Assembly (NCBI GenBank): GCA_963776275.1
Contig: CAVZMI010000020.1
Location: forward strand, 192,001 to 256,000
Length of the DNA: 64,000 bases
From: Ignavibacteriota bacterium
GTDB taxonomy: Bacteria; Bacteroidota; Ignavibacteria; UBA10030; CAVZMI01
Reading direction: 5' to 3'
This document shows positions 1-11,094 of this stretch, one piece after another. The notes below the pieces were generated by a model. It saw only the letters and a program-made list of their open reading frames with translations, did not search any database and was not told where the DNA came from. Numbering within the stretch: the first letter of the stretch is position 1; the number at the start of each line of letters is the position of its first letter. A program made the position numbers and the translations under genes.

Positions 1-627
1 CTCAACTTTGTCATCCATCTCGATAAACACCTTTATGAAATTGTAACGCAATACGGAACATGGACTTACGCGATTCTTTTTGTCGTTATTTTCTGTGAGA
101 CAGGATTTGTCGTGACACCATTTCTACCCGGCGACTCGTTATTGTTTGCGGCAGGTGCACTTTCCGCGTTAGGGGCAATCGATTTGGGTTTGCTCATAAT
201 TCTGCTCGCGACTGCAGCCGTTGCCGGCGACACGGCAAATTACTGGATCGGTCATTATGTGGGACCAAAGGTATTTCATGAAGAACATGCCCGTTTTTGG
301 AACAAAGAGTATCTCAACCGCACACACCATTTCTATGAAAAACACGGCGGGAAGACAATCGTTATTGCCCGTTTTCTTCCAATCATTCGCACGTTCGCTC
401 CTTTTGTCGCGGGTATTGGAAGCATGACATACAGCCGGTTTATTTTGTATAATGTAGTTGGCGGAGCTGGATGGGTTATCATTTTTCTTTTGGGAGGGTA
501 TTACTTCGGTAATATCCCTGTCGTCAAGAATAATTTTTCCCTGGTCATTCTGGCCATGCTTATTATCCCCGGTATTCCGGCTGTCATTGAATTCCTCAGG
601 CATTATCTGCAAAGAAGAAAGAGATGA
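1..627 (+). CDS. DedA family membrane protein (5' truncated by window edge)
   Basis: Frame open from base 1 (LNFVIHLDKHL...FCETGFVVTPFLPGDSLLF); DedA motifs PFLPGDSLLF and ARFLPIIRTFAPFVAG. Confidence 0.9.
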   Translation, partial: LNFVIHLDKHLYEIVTQYGTWTYAILFVVIFCETGFVVTPFLPGDSLLFAAGALSALGAIDLGLLIILLATAAVAGDTANYWIGHYVGPKVFHEEHARFWNKEYLNRTHHFYEKHGGKTIVIARFLPIIRTFAPFVAGIGSMTYSRFILYNVVGGAGWVIIFLLGGYYFGNIPVVKNNFSLVILAMLIIPGIPAVIEFLRHYLQRRKR

Positions 628-631
628 TCCA

Positions 632-1738
632 ATGAAAAATACTACAAGATATCTCCGTACTCGATTTCTCCTAATGGGAATATTGTACTCTGTCATCGCC
701 GTTCTCCCGATAGCTGCACAGGAAAAACGGAGCAACAATAAACAGGATAACGAGATAATCATCGAAAAGAAGTTCGAGGATCTTAATCATCGTCTCGACC
801 AGCTCGAGAAAGCACTTGACGATATCCAGTGGTATAACAAAGTGGGGGATGTGGCTCTCATTGATAAAGTTTTCCATGTCGGCTCGCCCCCCGCAAAAAT
901 AAAAAATCCGACGGCAATGGGGGCGAAAAATCCGGTGAAATTCTGGTCTTATATTTTCATTCCGCAAAAAATCGACAGGAATAAAAAGCATCCTCTGATT
1001 ATCCTTCCACACGGCGGTGTACATGCCGATTTTACGACATACCACACCCACATTGTCCGCGAAATGATTGCCCAGGGATATGTCGTGATCGCCCCTGATT
1101 ACCGCGGCAGCACGGGCTACGGAAGTAAGTTTTACGAGCAGATCGATTACGGCGGACTCGAAATCGAAGATGTTCATGCCTGTCGTGATTACATGATCGA
1201 AAACTACGATTTCATCGATGAAGACCGCATCGGCATTGTCGGTTGGAGTCATGGCGGTTTGATTGCCCTCATGAATATCTTCGAGTACCCGAAGGATTAC
1301 GCAGTCGCATTTGCCGGAGTTCCTGTAAGCGATTTAATTACACGACTCGGATATCAGGGTGATGATTATGCAAAGGAGTTTTCGGCCGATTACCACATTG
1401 GTAAAACGGTAAACGAGGATGTGGAAGAATACAAAAAGCGTTCTCCGGTATGGAATGTCCAAAAACTGAAGACGCCGCTTTTAATCCATACAAACACCAA
1501 CGATGATGATGTGTATTCACTCGAAGTCGAGAACCTCATCCATGCACTGAAAGCCGAAGGGAAAAAATTCGAGTACGAAATATTTAAGGATGCCCCGGGT
1601 GGACACAGCTTCGACCGCATCGATACGAAATTGGCGAAACAGATCAGGGTGAAGATTTATAAATTCCTGGATGAGTATCTCCATCCACCTCATCCAATTA
1701 CATCGGTTTCTGAACTGATGAAGGCCGGATATCGATAA
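632..1738 (+). CDS. S9 family (prolyl oligopeptidase-like) serine peptidase, secreted
   Basis: Signal peptide after ATG 632; HGG, DYRGSTGYG, nucleophile GWSHGG, NDDDV, GGHSF. Confidence 0.8.
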   Translation: MKNTTRYLRTRFLLMGILYSVIAVLPIAAQEKRSNNKQDNEIIIEKKFEDLNHRLDQLEKALDDIQWYNKVGDVALIDKVFHVGSPPAKIKNPTAMGAKNPVKFWSYIFIPQKIDRNKKHPLIILPHGGVHADFTTYHTHIVREMIAQGYVVIAPDYRGSTGYGSKFYEQIDYGGLEIEDVHACRDYMIENYDFIDEDRIGIVGWSHGGLIALMNIFEYPKDYAVAFAGVPVSDLITRLGYQGDDYAKEFSADYHIGKTVNEDVEEYKKRSPVWNVQKLKTPLLIHTNTNDDDVYSLEVENLIHALKAEGKKFEYEIFKDAPGGHSFDRIDTKLAKQIRVKIYKFLDEYLHPPHPITSVSELMKAGYR

Positions 1739-1765
1739 GAAATTTTCACTATCGCAATATATCCT

Positions 1766-2231
1766 ATGAGCATTCAAATTAGGGAAGCAGAATATAACGA
1801 CGCTCCCGTTATTGTCGAATTCAATTCGCTGTTGGCAAAGGAAACCGAGGGGAAATCCCTCGATCGACAGCGTCTGTTACGGGGAGTGCAGACTATCCTG
1901 AGAGATCCGAAAAAAGGGACATACTACCTTGCAGAGATCGACGGGACCATCGTCGGCCAACTCCTGATCACTTACGAATGGAGCGACTGGAGAAACGGGA
2001 ATTTCTGGTGGATCCAGAGCGTCTATGTACGAAACGAACCAGCGCATGCTGGGAGTATTCACATCGCTGTTCCATTACGTCGAGTCATTGGCCCGCAAAC
2101 GTTCCGATGTATGTGGACTCCGCCTCTACGCCGACCGAAATAATACACATGCTCAACAAACATACGAGCATCTTGGTATGAAACGTGCCCATTACGAGAT
2201 GTTTGAAATTGATTTTGTTTTACAGTCATGA
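1766..2231 (+). CDS. GNAT family N-acetyltransferase (one frameshift near 2035-2040)
   Basis: ITYEWSDWRNGNFWWIQSVYV in one frame continues as RMLGVFTSLF...LRLYADRNN..AQQTYEHLGM in the next frame. Confidence 0.8.
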
Positions 2232-3053
2232 AAAAGAGACCCATATTTAGTGTTCCTCAATATAGAAATGTCGTCCTGGTCACTGGAGCTTCCACGGGAA
2301 TTGGGTATGAATTGTGCAAACTCTTTGCGCATGACCGATACGATCTGGTCATCATTGCACGTGACAGGAAACGGCTGACTCAGGTTGCATCGGAGCTACG
2401 CCGGGAATATGGCATAGATGTCTACTCGATTCCATGCGATCTTTCTGAACCATCCTCTGCGGGAACTCTGCACAGAAAGATTGAACAAAAAAAGCTTACC
2501 GTCGATATTCTTGTCAACAATGCCGGATTCGGCCTCTCCGGTTCTTTCTCGAAGACATCGCTCAAAGATGAACTTGCAATGATCCAGGTAAATATTACTT
2601 CACTCACGCATTTAACAAAGCTCGTTCTTCCCGATATGATAGCTCGGAAATCCGGAAAAATTCTCAACGTCGCATCTACGGCGGCATTTCAACCGGGTGC
2701 CTTTGATGGCTGTATATTATGCTACAAAAGCCTATGTTCTTCTTTTTTCCGAGGCCTTGGCACGTGAAATACAGGGAACGGGTATCACGGTATCGGTACT
2801 TTGTCCCGGACCGACCCGGACACAATTTCAACAACGCGCACGGATCGGACCATCACGACTTATTGACACCAAACTCATCATGGATGCAACGACTGTTGCT
2901 GCCGCCGGCTATCGAGGATTGATGAAAGGAAAAACTATCATAATACCGGGACTCTCGAATAAGATTTCATCACAGGCACATCGTTTTCTACCGAGGAAGC
3001 TCATCTCGAAAATTGTTCTCACAATCCAGAAAGAGCGGAATATTCTCGAATGA
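2228..3053 (+). CDS. SDR family oxidoreductase (one frameshift at ~2699)
   Basis: TGASTGIG, NNAGFG, then AFQPG|PLMAVYYATK (YxxxK) split across two frames. Confidence 0.85.
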
Positions 3054-3733
3054 CCTCTCAAAAGATTCTTGAAAGACTTCATTCATTGTCCAATTCCGCA
3101 AATGTTGAAGGCATGGCGCGCTTTGGTATCAGCAGCAAAAACACGCTTGGTATCTCAATGAAAACATTACGGACGATGGCAAAAGAATTTGGAAAAAATC
3201 ATCCTATTGCCGGAGAGCTTTGGGCGTCGGGAATTCACGAGGCGCGAATCCTTGCCACATTAATTGACGAGCCCCAAAAAGTCACCAGACGGCAAATGGA
3301 AAAATGGGTGAAAGAGATCGATTCCTGGGATGTCTGTGATCAGTGCTGCAGTAATCTGTTCGATAAAACTCCGATTGCCTATGAGAAAGCAATTGAATGG
3401 AGCACACGGAAACAGGAGTTTGTGAAAAGAGCGGGGTTTGTTACGATGGCAGTCCTTGCAGTACACGATAAAAAAGCCCCGGATTCTCGCTTCTATCCAT
3501 TTCTTTCCAGGATTGAACTTGAAGCCACTGATGAGCGTAACTTTGTCAAGAAAGCCGTAAATTGGGCTCTCCGTCAGATCGGGAAACGTAATATGTCTCT
3601 TCAGCGCCGCGCCGTAACAATAGCAAATAATCTCATGGAGAGCGGATCGCCTGCCGCGCGCTGGATCGCATCCGATGCGCTGCGGGAACTGAAGAATTCA
3701 AAGACTCTGGAAAGAATTAAAACAAAAAAATAA
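3050..3733 (+). CDS. DNA alkylation repair protein (AlkD-like HEAT-repeat glycosylase)
   Basis: LWASGIHEAR, DSWDVCD, DERNFVKKAVNWALRQIGKR motifs. Confidence 0.85.
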   Translation: MTSQKILERLHSLSNSANVEGMARFGISSKNTLGISMKTLRTMAKEFGKNHPIAGELWASGIHEARILATLIDEPQKVTRRQMEKWVKEIDSWDVCDQCCSNLFDKTPIAYEKAIEWSTRKQEFVKRAGFVTMAVLAVHDKKAPDSRFYPFLSRIELEATDERNFVKKAVNWALRQIGKRNMSLQRRAVTIANNLMESGSPAARWIASDALRELKNSKTLERIKTKK

Positions 3734-3760
3734 ATCGCTTCATCCGGGTGAGGGCTGTTT

Positions 3761-4828
3761 ATGAACCACCAACCGAACATTGATTTTACCGCAGGTTTTT
3801 CCTGCCCGATTCCCATCATCGATTATCCGTCTGTTCTTCTTGCTCACGGCGGCGGTGGAAAATTATCACAGCAATTAATTCGCTCGATGTTCTTTTCACA
3901 ATTCGACAATCCGGCATTGAGAGAAGAACACGACGGTGCGATGATTTCCCTCGGCGGGACACGGCTTGCATTTTCTACAGATTCTTATGTCGTCCATCCA
4001 ATTTTTTTCCCCGGCGGCAATATCGGTGAGCTGGCCGTTTACGGTACCGTCAACGATCTGGCAATGTGCGGGGCAACGCCGTATTTTCTGTCGGCCGCAT
4101 TCATAATTGAAGAAGGATTTCCCATGGAGCGGCTCTGGACGATTGTCCAGTCGATGCAGCAGGCAGCCGCACGGTCATCGGTTCAGCTTGTCACCGGTGA
4201 TACGAAAGTTGTTGATCGTGGGAAAGGAGACGGAATATTTATCACGACAGCCGGAATCGGTCTCATTGAAGAAGGAATTTCAATTGCACCCAGACGCGCA
4301 GCGGTGGGAGATACAATTATTCTCAGCGGGCATATTGCCGAGCATGGAATCGCAATCATGTCGGTACGGGAAGGAATTGCATTTGAAACACAGATACAAA
4401 GCGATTGCGCACCGCTCAATGGCCTCGTCGATATCATCCTGAAAAAATCCAAAAATATTCATGTCCTACGTGATCCGACGAGGGGTGGGCTCGCCAGTTC
4501 GCTGAATGAAATCGCAGATGCGGCACATATCGGCATTGTCATTGAAGAAACGAAAATACCGGTTACGGAAGAGGTTCAAGGTGCATGTGAGATTCTCGGT
4601 CTTGACCCGCTCTACATCGCGAATGAAGGAAAACTCATAGCAATCGTTCCCGATGATGAAGCGGAGAATGTTCTCTCGGTAATGCGATCGCACCCGAACG
4701 GGAGAGAGGCTACGGTGATCGGGAAAGTAGTCGATGCACATCCAGGAATAGTCGTCATGAAAACAACGGTCGGGGGAAGCCGGGTGGTCGATATGCTTTC
4801 GGGTGAACAACTTCCGAGGATTTGTTAA
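3761..4828 (+). CDS. hypE: Hydrogenase maturation protein HypE
   Basis: AHGGGG, FSTDSYVVHPIFFPGGNIG, GDTKVV, RDPTRGG, C-terminal EQLPRIC. Confidence 0.95.
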   Translation: MNHQPNIDFTAGFSCPIPIIDYPSVLLAHGGGGKLSQQLIRSMFFSQFDNPALREEHDGAMISLGGTRLAFSTDSYVVHPIFFPGGNIGELAVYGTVNDLAMCGATPYFLSAAFIIEEGFPMERLWTIVQSMQQAAARSSVQLVTGDTKVVDRGKGDGIFITTAGIGLIEEGISIAPRRAAVGDTIILSGHIAEHGIAIMSVREGIAFETQIQSDCAPLNGLVDIILKKSKNIHVLRDPTRGGLASSLNEIADAAHIGIVIEETKIPVTEEVQGACEILGLDPLYIANEGKLIAIVPDDEAENVLSVMRSHPNGREATVIGKVVDAHPGIVVMKTTVGGSRVVDMLSGEQLPRIC

Positions 4829-4851
4829 AAAGTCCTATCTGTTGTTAAATT

Positions 4852-5053
4852 TTTTCCCCTTGACATACTCATCCCGATTCCCTTCGACCGTTCGATCCGC
4901 CTTCGGCGGACTCGCGGCAAGCAAGCTCGTCCCGAGTAAATCGAGGGGCTCGTCCCGAGTAAAATCGAGGGGCTGGTCCCGAGTAAAATCGAGGGGCTGG
5001 CCCGAGTAAATCGAGGGGCCTGCTCAGAGCGTGCCGAGGGGCTCAGGGTAAAC
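4852..5053. repeat. REP-like palindromic element with four tandem 22-24 bp units
   Basis: Four units of ~(T/G)CCCGAGTAAA(A)TCGAGGGGC at 4926-5019, hairpin TCCGCCTTCGGCGGA at 4896-4910, flanked by CCCTTCGAC (4880) and GCTCAGGGTAAAC (5041). Confidence 0.75.
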
Positions 5054-5186
5054 TTTCATACGGAGCAAGCTTTTCAGTTTTATCTTTAGAGCGCCGCAAT
5101 TTGTCTATTCTTTCAATTTTCTCTGACAAACCGGCAAATCCTCTCTGCCGAAAAAGTACGAAAATAACTACAGAAGCGGCAGAAGC

Positions 5187-5215
5187 TTGCCTTTTAGAAT
5201 ATGGTATGGTATATT
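5187..5215 (+). promoter_or_regulatory. Sigma70-type promoter upstream of tilS
   Basis: TTGCCT-17 bp-TATATT with extended -10 TG. Confidence 0.6.
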
Positions 5216-5334
5216 AAATAAATTAAAAGCATCGTGATGCCTCCCGGATGCTTTGCTATGCAAATGAGGTTAGGATGGCTTGCCCGGTGGGCTATTCATT
5301 GTTCACGAGGCAGGCTTTTTCATTCTTGAATCCT

Positions 5335-6792
5335 ATGGTCGTTCAACGAAAAGTCCCCAAACGGGGGGCACATACGTTTCTTAGGCAGTGCGAAGAATTT
5401 TTGCGGACTGAAGGGCTACTACGACATGGAGAGAGAGTGATAGTTGCCGTCAGCGGTGGCATTGATTCTATGGTACTTCTTGACGTTCTTGTTTCCCTCC
5501 GGGAAAAATTTCGTCTCGAGCTCATTGTCGGACATGTGAATCATAGCCTTAGGGGACGTGAATCGGACGGGGATCAGGAATTTGTTGAAGGATCGGCCAA
5601 ACAGTACGGAGTCCGGTGTATCGTTGCTCGTATCGCAACAAAAGAATATGCCGGGGCAATGAAAGTGTCGATTCAGGATGCTGCCCGTGAATTGCGGTAT
5701 GCATTTCTGAAAGAGCTCCACCACTCGGCAGGTGCGGACTGGATTGCAACCGCTCACCATGCCGATGACAATGCCGAGACATTACTTCTGCATTTTGTTC
5801 GAGGTACGGGACTTCAGGGATTACGCGGAATCCTTCCGAAGCGGGAAGACGAAAGTATTATTCGACCTCTTTTATTTGCGCGGAGGTCGGAAATTATAGA
5901 ATACGCAAGGGCAAAACGGATACATTACCGGGAAGATTCATCGAATACAAAAGACAAGTACTCCCGGAATGCGCTCCGCCATAAAGTTTTACCGGTGCTC
6001 GAACAATACATTAACCCGGGAATTGTTCATACTCTTAATTACAATGCACGGCTTTTCGAGCAATCCGGACGATTAATCGAACATGCGCACGATCTGGCAC
6101 TGTCGGAATGTGTTCGACCGTACGATAGTCATACGTTCGGTGTTAGGGTGAAAAAACTATTGGTTCACCCGATCGAAATGCAGCACGCACTTTTTCATCG
6201 ATTGTTTTCACGTCTTCCAGGTGCTCCTGTGAACTACAAATCGATCACACAGAGTATCCGATTATGCAGCGCGCAGGTGGGGAAACGTATCCAACTGAAT
6301 AAACGATGGAACATCATCCGTGATCGCGAAGAGCTTGTGTTATCGGATCTTCTCCACGATGAACCGGTTGATTACCAGCTGGAGTCCTACGGTACTCTCC
6401 GCGGCTCCGGTATTTCACTGACTATCGAGCAGGTTAATAAAAACGATGTCGGATTTAATCGTGTTCGACGGACACGGCACCCGCGATGGACAACAACGGA
6501 ATATGTTGATGCTGATACATTCCGATTCCCCTTGCGGCTCCGGAAATGGCAGAAAGGCGATTGGTTTATTCCTCTTGGGATGAAAGATAAAAAAAAGATC
6601 AGTAACTTTTTAACCGACGTTCACATTCCGTCGCAGCAGAAGAAAATGATTTGCGTATTATGTTCGGGTAATGACATTATATGGGTGTGCGGTGTACGAC
6701 TGGACAACCGTTTCAGAATTTTAGAACATACACGCAATATCGCCCGGCTTCATTTTCATAACAAGGATCTTCGGATGACATCTGATGGATAA
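5335..6792 (+). CDS. tilS: tRNA(Ile)-lysidine synthetase
   Basis: PP-loop AVSGGIDS, ATAHHADDNAET, DSSN...YSRNALRH, C-terminal TilS domain; start placed at ATG 5335. Confidence 0.92.
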   Translation: MVVQRKVPKRGAHTFLRQCEEFLRTEGLLRHGERVIVAVSGGIDSMVLLDVLVSLREKFRLELIVGHVNHSLRGRESDGDQEFVEGSAKQYGVRCIVARIATKEYAGAMKVSIQDAARELRYAFLKELHHSAGADWIATAHHADDNAETLLLHFVRGTGLQGLRGILPKREDESIIRPLLFARRSEIIEYARAKRIHYREDSSNTKDKYSRNALRHKVLPVLEQYINPGIVHTLNYNARLFEQSGRLIEHAHDLALSECVRPYDSHTFGVRVKKLLVHPIEMQHALFHRLFSRLPGAPVNYKSITQSIRLCSAQVGKRIQLNKRWNIIRDREELVLSDLLHDEPVDYQLESYGTLRGSGISLTIEQVNKNDVGFNRVRRTRHPRWTTTEYVDADTFRFPLRLRKWQKGDWFIPLGMKDKKKISNFLTDVHIPSQQKKMICVLCSGNDIIWVCGVRLDNRFRILEHTRNIARLHFHNKDLRMTSDG

Positions 6793-7327
6793 TACGATCA
6801 CGGTAAACGGCGACCCTTTTGTATTATACCTTTCCGAAAAACAAATAATGGAACGGGTGCAGGATCTGGGGCGCCGGCTTAACCATGATTATGCAGGTTC
6901 GGTGCCGATTTTTATCGGAGTACTCAATGGCTCATTCATCTTTCTTGCAGATCTGATCCGCGAGATTACAATCGATTGCGAAATAGATTTTATCAAGCTT
7001 TCAAGTTATGGTGATGCTAAAATTACTTCGGGCGACGTCCGCGTGCTGAAAAACCTGAACTGTCAGGTTAAGGACCGTGATATCGTCATTGTTGAAGATA
7101 TCGTTGATTCGGGGCTTTCAATCGATTTTTTTAAACGTCTGATTATTTCACAGAACCCGCGGTCGGTTAAAGTTGTTACGTTATTATATAAGAAAGGATC
7201 GACTAAGTATCCTGTCGAGATGGATTATGTTGGATTCGAGATCCCGAGTCTTTTTGTGATCGGGTATGGCCTTGACTATGCCCAGAAAGTGCGGAATCTC
7301 CGAAATATCTATATATTACAACAATAA
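6785..7327 (+). CDS. hpt: Hypoxanthine phosphoribosyltransferase
   Basis: VLNGSFIFLADL, VEDIVDSG, FVIGYGLDY; tilS-hpt-ftsH synteny. Confidence 0.95.
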   Translation: MDNTITVNGDPFVLYLSEKQIMERVQDLGRRLNHDYAGSVPIFIGVLNGSFIFLADLIREITIDCEIDFIKLSSYGDAKITSGDVRVLKNLNCQVKDRDIVIVEDIVDSGLSIDFFKRLIISQNPRSVKVVTLLYKKGSTKYPVEMDYVGFEIPSLFVIGYGLDYAQKVRNLRNIYILQQ

Positions 7328-7336
7328 TGGTGTTCC

Positions 7337-9415
7337 ATGGGTGACGAAAAAAATACTCGTCAATCTGACGATAGCAATAATAAAGGTCAGAAAAAACGAC
7401 AGATGCCAAAGTCTTCGCGACAACGACAGCCTCTGCAACCCCGTAATGAAGATGAATTCAATTGGGGTAAAGTATTACGGGCAATAAGCTGGTTGGCAAT
7501 CTTCCTCGCGGCGTTTTTCATCATTACTTTGTTCAAAACGGGGGACGGACAGGAGATCGAAGTTTCCTACACAAATTATCAGCAATTAATCCAATCGGGG
7601 CAAATAGTTTCGGCGCTTATAAAGAAATCTGAGCTGAACAGTTTCGAATTCCACGGAACCCTCAAAGATAAGCAAACAGTAATTGATATCAACGGGAAGA
7701 CACATCGTGACGTCACACGCATTACATTGCCTCTTCCCTTTGTCGACGGCTCCGTTACCCAGCAATGGGCCGAACGAGGTGTCAGTGTCTCATTTGTCAA
7801 AGAAGATAACACCTGGTTGAACGCCCTTTTCCAAATGCTGCCGTGGGTCTTGCTCCTTGCAATCTGGTTTATTCTGATGCGCCGGATGCAGGGGACAGGA
7901 ACGAAGGGAATATTCTCGTTCGGGAAAGTCCGCACAAAGATGATGAGCGAAGCAAGTCCGCGTATCACCTTTGTTGATGTTGCAGGGGCGGATGAAGCAA
8001 AAATGGAGCTCCAGGAGATTATCGAGTTCCTGCGCGAACCGACGAAATTCCAGAAACTCGGCGGCAAAATTCCACGCGGTGTATTACTACTGGGCCCTCC
8101 GGGAACCGGCAAAACGCTTCTCGCACGTGCTGTTGCCGGTGAGGCGAGCGTACCGTTTTTTACAATCAGCGGAGCCGATTTTGTTGAAATGTTCGTCGGG
8201 GTTGGAGCAAGCCGTGTCCGTGATTTGTTTGAAACAGGAAAAAAGAGTGCACCGTGTATTATCTTCATCGATGAAATCGATGCCGTCGGACGTCACCGTG
8301 GTGCGGGACTTGGAGGCGGACATGACGAGCGTGAGCAGACATTGAATCAACTCCTCGTCGAAATGGATGGATTCGAACAGAACAGCGGTGTGATTATCAT
8401 CGCTGCAACCAACCGACCGGATGTTCTCGATCCGGCACTATTGCGTCCCGGCCGGTTCGATCGACAGGTCGTTGTCGATCGTCCCGACGTCAAGGGACGT
8501 GAAGGAATCCTGAAAGTCCATACCCGGCATATCCCTCTTGCCGATGATGTGAAGCTTGATACACTGGCCAAAGGAACTCCGGGACTTGCCGGAGCGGATC
8601 TTGCGAACCTTGTTAACGAAGCGGCGCTTCTCGCGGCAAGGAATAATGCAAAAGCTGTCAGCATGAACGACTTTGAGCAGGCAAAAGACAAAGTGATGAT
8701 GGGGATGGAGCGGAGAAGCCTTATTATCTCGGATCAGGAAAAAAAGGTCACTGCATATCACGAATCAGGACATGTGTTGGTTGCCCGGAAAGTCCCGGAA
8801 GCCGATCCTGTTCACAAAGTCACCATTATTCCGCGGGGTCGTGCGCTCGGTATCACGACGTATTTACCGATTGATGAGAAACATACATACTCGAAAGAAT
8901 ATCTTGAGGCGATGATCACTTATGCATTAGGCGGACGCGCAGCAGAAATGCTTGTTTTTAATCAATTAACTACGGGTGCTGGCAACGATATTGAACGGTC
9001 TACGCAGCTTGCGCGAAAAATGGTCTGCGAATGGGGCATGAGCGAGCGGCTTGGTCCGCTTGCCTACGGCGCAAAGGAAGAAGAAATCTTTCTAGGAAGA
9101 GAAATTACTCGTCACAAGGATTATAGCGAAAGCACGGCGATCGCTATCGATGATGAAGTGAAAAATATTGTGTCGAAATGCATGAACCGTGCAGAACGCA
9201 TCCTGAAAGAAAATGTGGATCAACTTCATCGTCTTTCAGCGGCTCTGCTCGAACGGGAAATTCTCGACGGCGAGGAGATCGACAAGATTATCGGTGGAGG
9301 ATCCCTCACACCGCTCGAAAAAAATAACGGCGACACAAACGGTCAAGCAATAGATAACAGACAACTCGAGGAGGCGGTCAAGGTAATTAAGGCTGCCCGT
9401 GATGGAAAGAAATAA
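7337..9415 (+). CDS. ftsH: ATP-dependent zinc metalloprotease FtsH
   Basis: Two TM segments, Walker [44 protein letters not shown]. Confidence 0.97.
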   Translation: MGDEKNTRQSDDSNNKGQKKRQMPKSSRQRQPLQPRNEDEFNWGKVLRAISWLAIFLAAFFIITLFKTGDGQEIEVSYTNYQQLIQSGQIVSALIKKSELNSFEFHGTLKDKQTVIDINGKTHRDVTRITLPLPFVDGSVTQQWAERGVSVSFVKEDNTWLNALFQMLPWVLLLAIWFILMRRMQGTGTKGIFSFGKVRTKMMSEASPRITFVDVAGADEAKMELQEIIEFLREPTKFQKLGGKIPRGVLLLGPPGTGKTLLARAVAGEASVPFFTISGADFVEMFVGVGASRVRDLFETGKKSAPCIIFIDEIDAVGRHRGAGLGGGHDEREQTLNQLLVEMDGFEQNSGVIIIAATNRPDVLDPALLRPGRFDRQVVVDRPDVKGREGILKVHTRHIPLADDVKLDTLAKGTPGLAGADLANLVNEAALLAARNNAKAVSMNDFEQAKDKVMMGMERRSLIISDQEKKVTAYHESGHVLVARKVPEADPVHKVTIIPRGRALGITTYLPIDEKHTYSKEYLEAMITYALGGRAAEMLVFNQLTTGAGNDIERSTQLARKMVCEWGMSERLGPLAYGAKEEEIFLGREITRHKDYSESTAIAIDDEVKNIVSKCMNRAERILKENVDQLHRLSAALLEREILDGEEIDKIIGGGSLTPLEKNNGDTNGQAIDNRQLEEAVKVIKAARDGKK

Positions 9416-10103
9416 CACGGACACCATGACGCTCGACGAAGCTCAAACATCACCCGATATCGACTATTCGGCCGAACTTATTCGGAAAAGTATTCATCTC
9501 TGTTCACTCTCAATTCCGATAGTATACTACTTTCTATCGAAGAGCACAGCACTGAGTATTCTAATTCCGATGACAGCGGCATTTTTTATTGTTGATGTAC
9601 TTCGATATTTTCATCAACCGACAGCGGAACTTTTTTATCGGTGGTTCAGGAAACTTCTCCGGCATCATGAAGTCAACGGAAAAACTAGAACACTCAACGG
9701 CGCCACCTATGTACTGCTTTCGGCAACGCTCTGTGTTCTCATTTTCCCAAAGATCATCGTAATCACAAGTTTTGCTATTTTAATAATTTCCGATTCCGCT
9801 GCCGCTCTTATCGGAAGGCGGTTCGGAAAACATAAATTTTATCACAAATCACTTGAAGGAAGCGGTGCATTTCTCCTCAGTGCCATTATTGTCGTTCTCT
9901 TTACACCGAAAATCAATTATATGCCGATTGAATACCTAATCGGGATGATCGGAGGATTTGTCGGTATGCTAGCAGAAATTGCATCATTCGATCTGCTCGA
10001 CGATAATGTGGCGATTCCTCTAAGTATCGGTGGAACCATGTGGCTGTTATATTGGCTCCTTCTTCCTTCAGTCAACATTTACAGGCTCGATAATATACTA
10101 TGA
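9399..10103 (+). CDS. Dolichol/phytol kinase-like (SEC59/DGK1/VTE5) membrane protein
   Basis: [27 protein letters not shown] motifs; multi-TM. Confidence 0.8.
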   Translation: MMERNNTDTMTLDEAQTSPDIDYSAELIRKSIHLCSLSIPIVYYFLSKSTALSILIPMTAAFFIVDVLRYFHQPTAELFYRWFRKLLRHHEVNGKTRTLNGATYVLLSATLCVLIFPKIIVITSFAILIISDSAAALIGRRFGKHKFYHKSLEGSGAFLLSAIIVVLFTPKINYMPIEYLIGMIGGFVGMLAEIASFDLLDDNVAIPLSIGGTMWLLYWLLLPSVNIYRLDNIL

Positions 10104-10981
10104 CACAATACAAAAAACTCCGCCTCGGACTTCCTAAAGGGAGTCTTCAAGAAGCCACATTTAATCTGATGCATAAAGCCGGTTTTCATTTTTCGATCTC
10201 ATCGCGATCCTACTTTCCATCGATTGATGATGACGAACTTGAAGCCATGCTTATCCGCGCCCAGGAAATACCCCGTTACGTAGAAGACGGAGTATTTGAC
10301 TGCGGCCTGACCGGAAAAGACTGGATCATGGAGAACGGAGTTGATATCGTTGAAGTCTCCGATCTTGTCTATGCCAAACAGAGTATGCGCCCCGTCCGAT
10401 GGGTCCTGGCGGTTCACGAATCATCAACCGTAAAAACCGTGAAAGATCTTCAGGGAAAACGGATAGCAACCGAACTAGTCCGCGTCACGAAAAATTATCT
10501 CAAAAAAAATAAAGTCCGTGCCGAAGTCGAATTCTCCTGGGGAGCTACGGAAGTAAAGACTCCTGAACTTGTCGATGCAATCGTTGAAGTGACTGAAACC
10601 GGATCGTCGCTTCAGGCGAATAAGCTCCGGATCGTCGAAACGATTCTTGAATCGACGACCAAGCTCATTGCCAATAAAAAGAGCTGGAAGGATCCGTGGA
10701 AACGAGAGAAAATCGAGAATATGGCGATGCTTCTGCTTGGCGCAATTAATGCCGAGGGGAAGGTTGGTTTGAAGATGAACCTACGCCGCGCCGATCTTGA
10801 TAATATCATCGGATTAATCCCGGCTCTTCGCCGCCCCACAATATCTTCATTGGCCGATAACGACTGGGTTGCAATCGAGACAATCATCGATGAAAATATC
10901 GTCCGTAAAATTATTCCGCAACTCAAACGCGCGAATGCCGAAGGGATAATCGAATATCCGTTGAATAAGGTTATTTTTTAA
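10100..10981 (+). CDS. hisG: ATP phosphoribosyltransferase (long form)
   Basis: [33 protein letters not shown]-terminal ACT-like domain. Confidence 0.93.
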   Translation: MTQYKKLRLGLPKGSLQEATFNLMHKAGFHFSISSRSYFPSIDDDELEAMLIRAQEIPRYVEDGVFDCGLTGKDWIMENGVDIVEVSDLVYAKQSMRPVRWVLAVHESSTVKTVKDLQGKRIATELVRVTKNYLKKNKVRAEVEFSWGATEVKTPELVDAIVEVTETGSSLQANKLRIVETILESTTKLIANKKSWKDPWKREKIENMAMLLLGAINAEGKVGLKMNLRRADLDNIIGLIPALRRPTISSLADNDWVAIETIIDENIVRKIIPQLKRANAEGIIEYPLNKVIF

Positions 10982-11094
10982 TATTGCTGAAGGCGTTGGC
11001 GGAAGGCATATAGGCTGAAGATCGGTAATATCACAATTACGGAAGCCTGGAATCCGAGGCTTGTATAACATATTTTTTGAATCGATAATACAAC

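Noticed and set aside
4803-5009. 68-aa ORF with SRVKSRG repeats
   Set aside because: It is just the translation of the palindromic DNA repeat
4926-5019. Four direct repeats as a mini CRISPR array
   Set aside because: Units are head-to-tail with no unique spacers, and no cas genes are in the window
5228-5275. Canonical fluoride riboswitch
   Set aside because: GATG/CCTC and ATGAGG elements are in reversed order relative to the crcB motif, and the downstream genes are not fluoride-related
5248-5334. N-terminal extension of tilS
   Set aside because: Not TilS-like and overlaps a structured leader; ATG 5335 fits better
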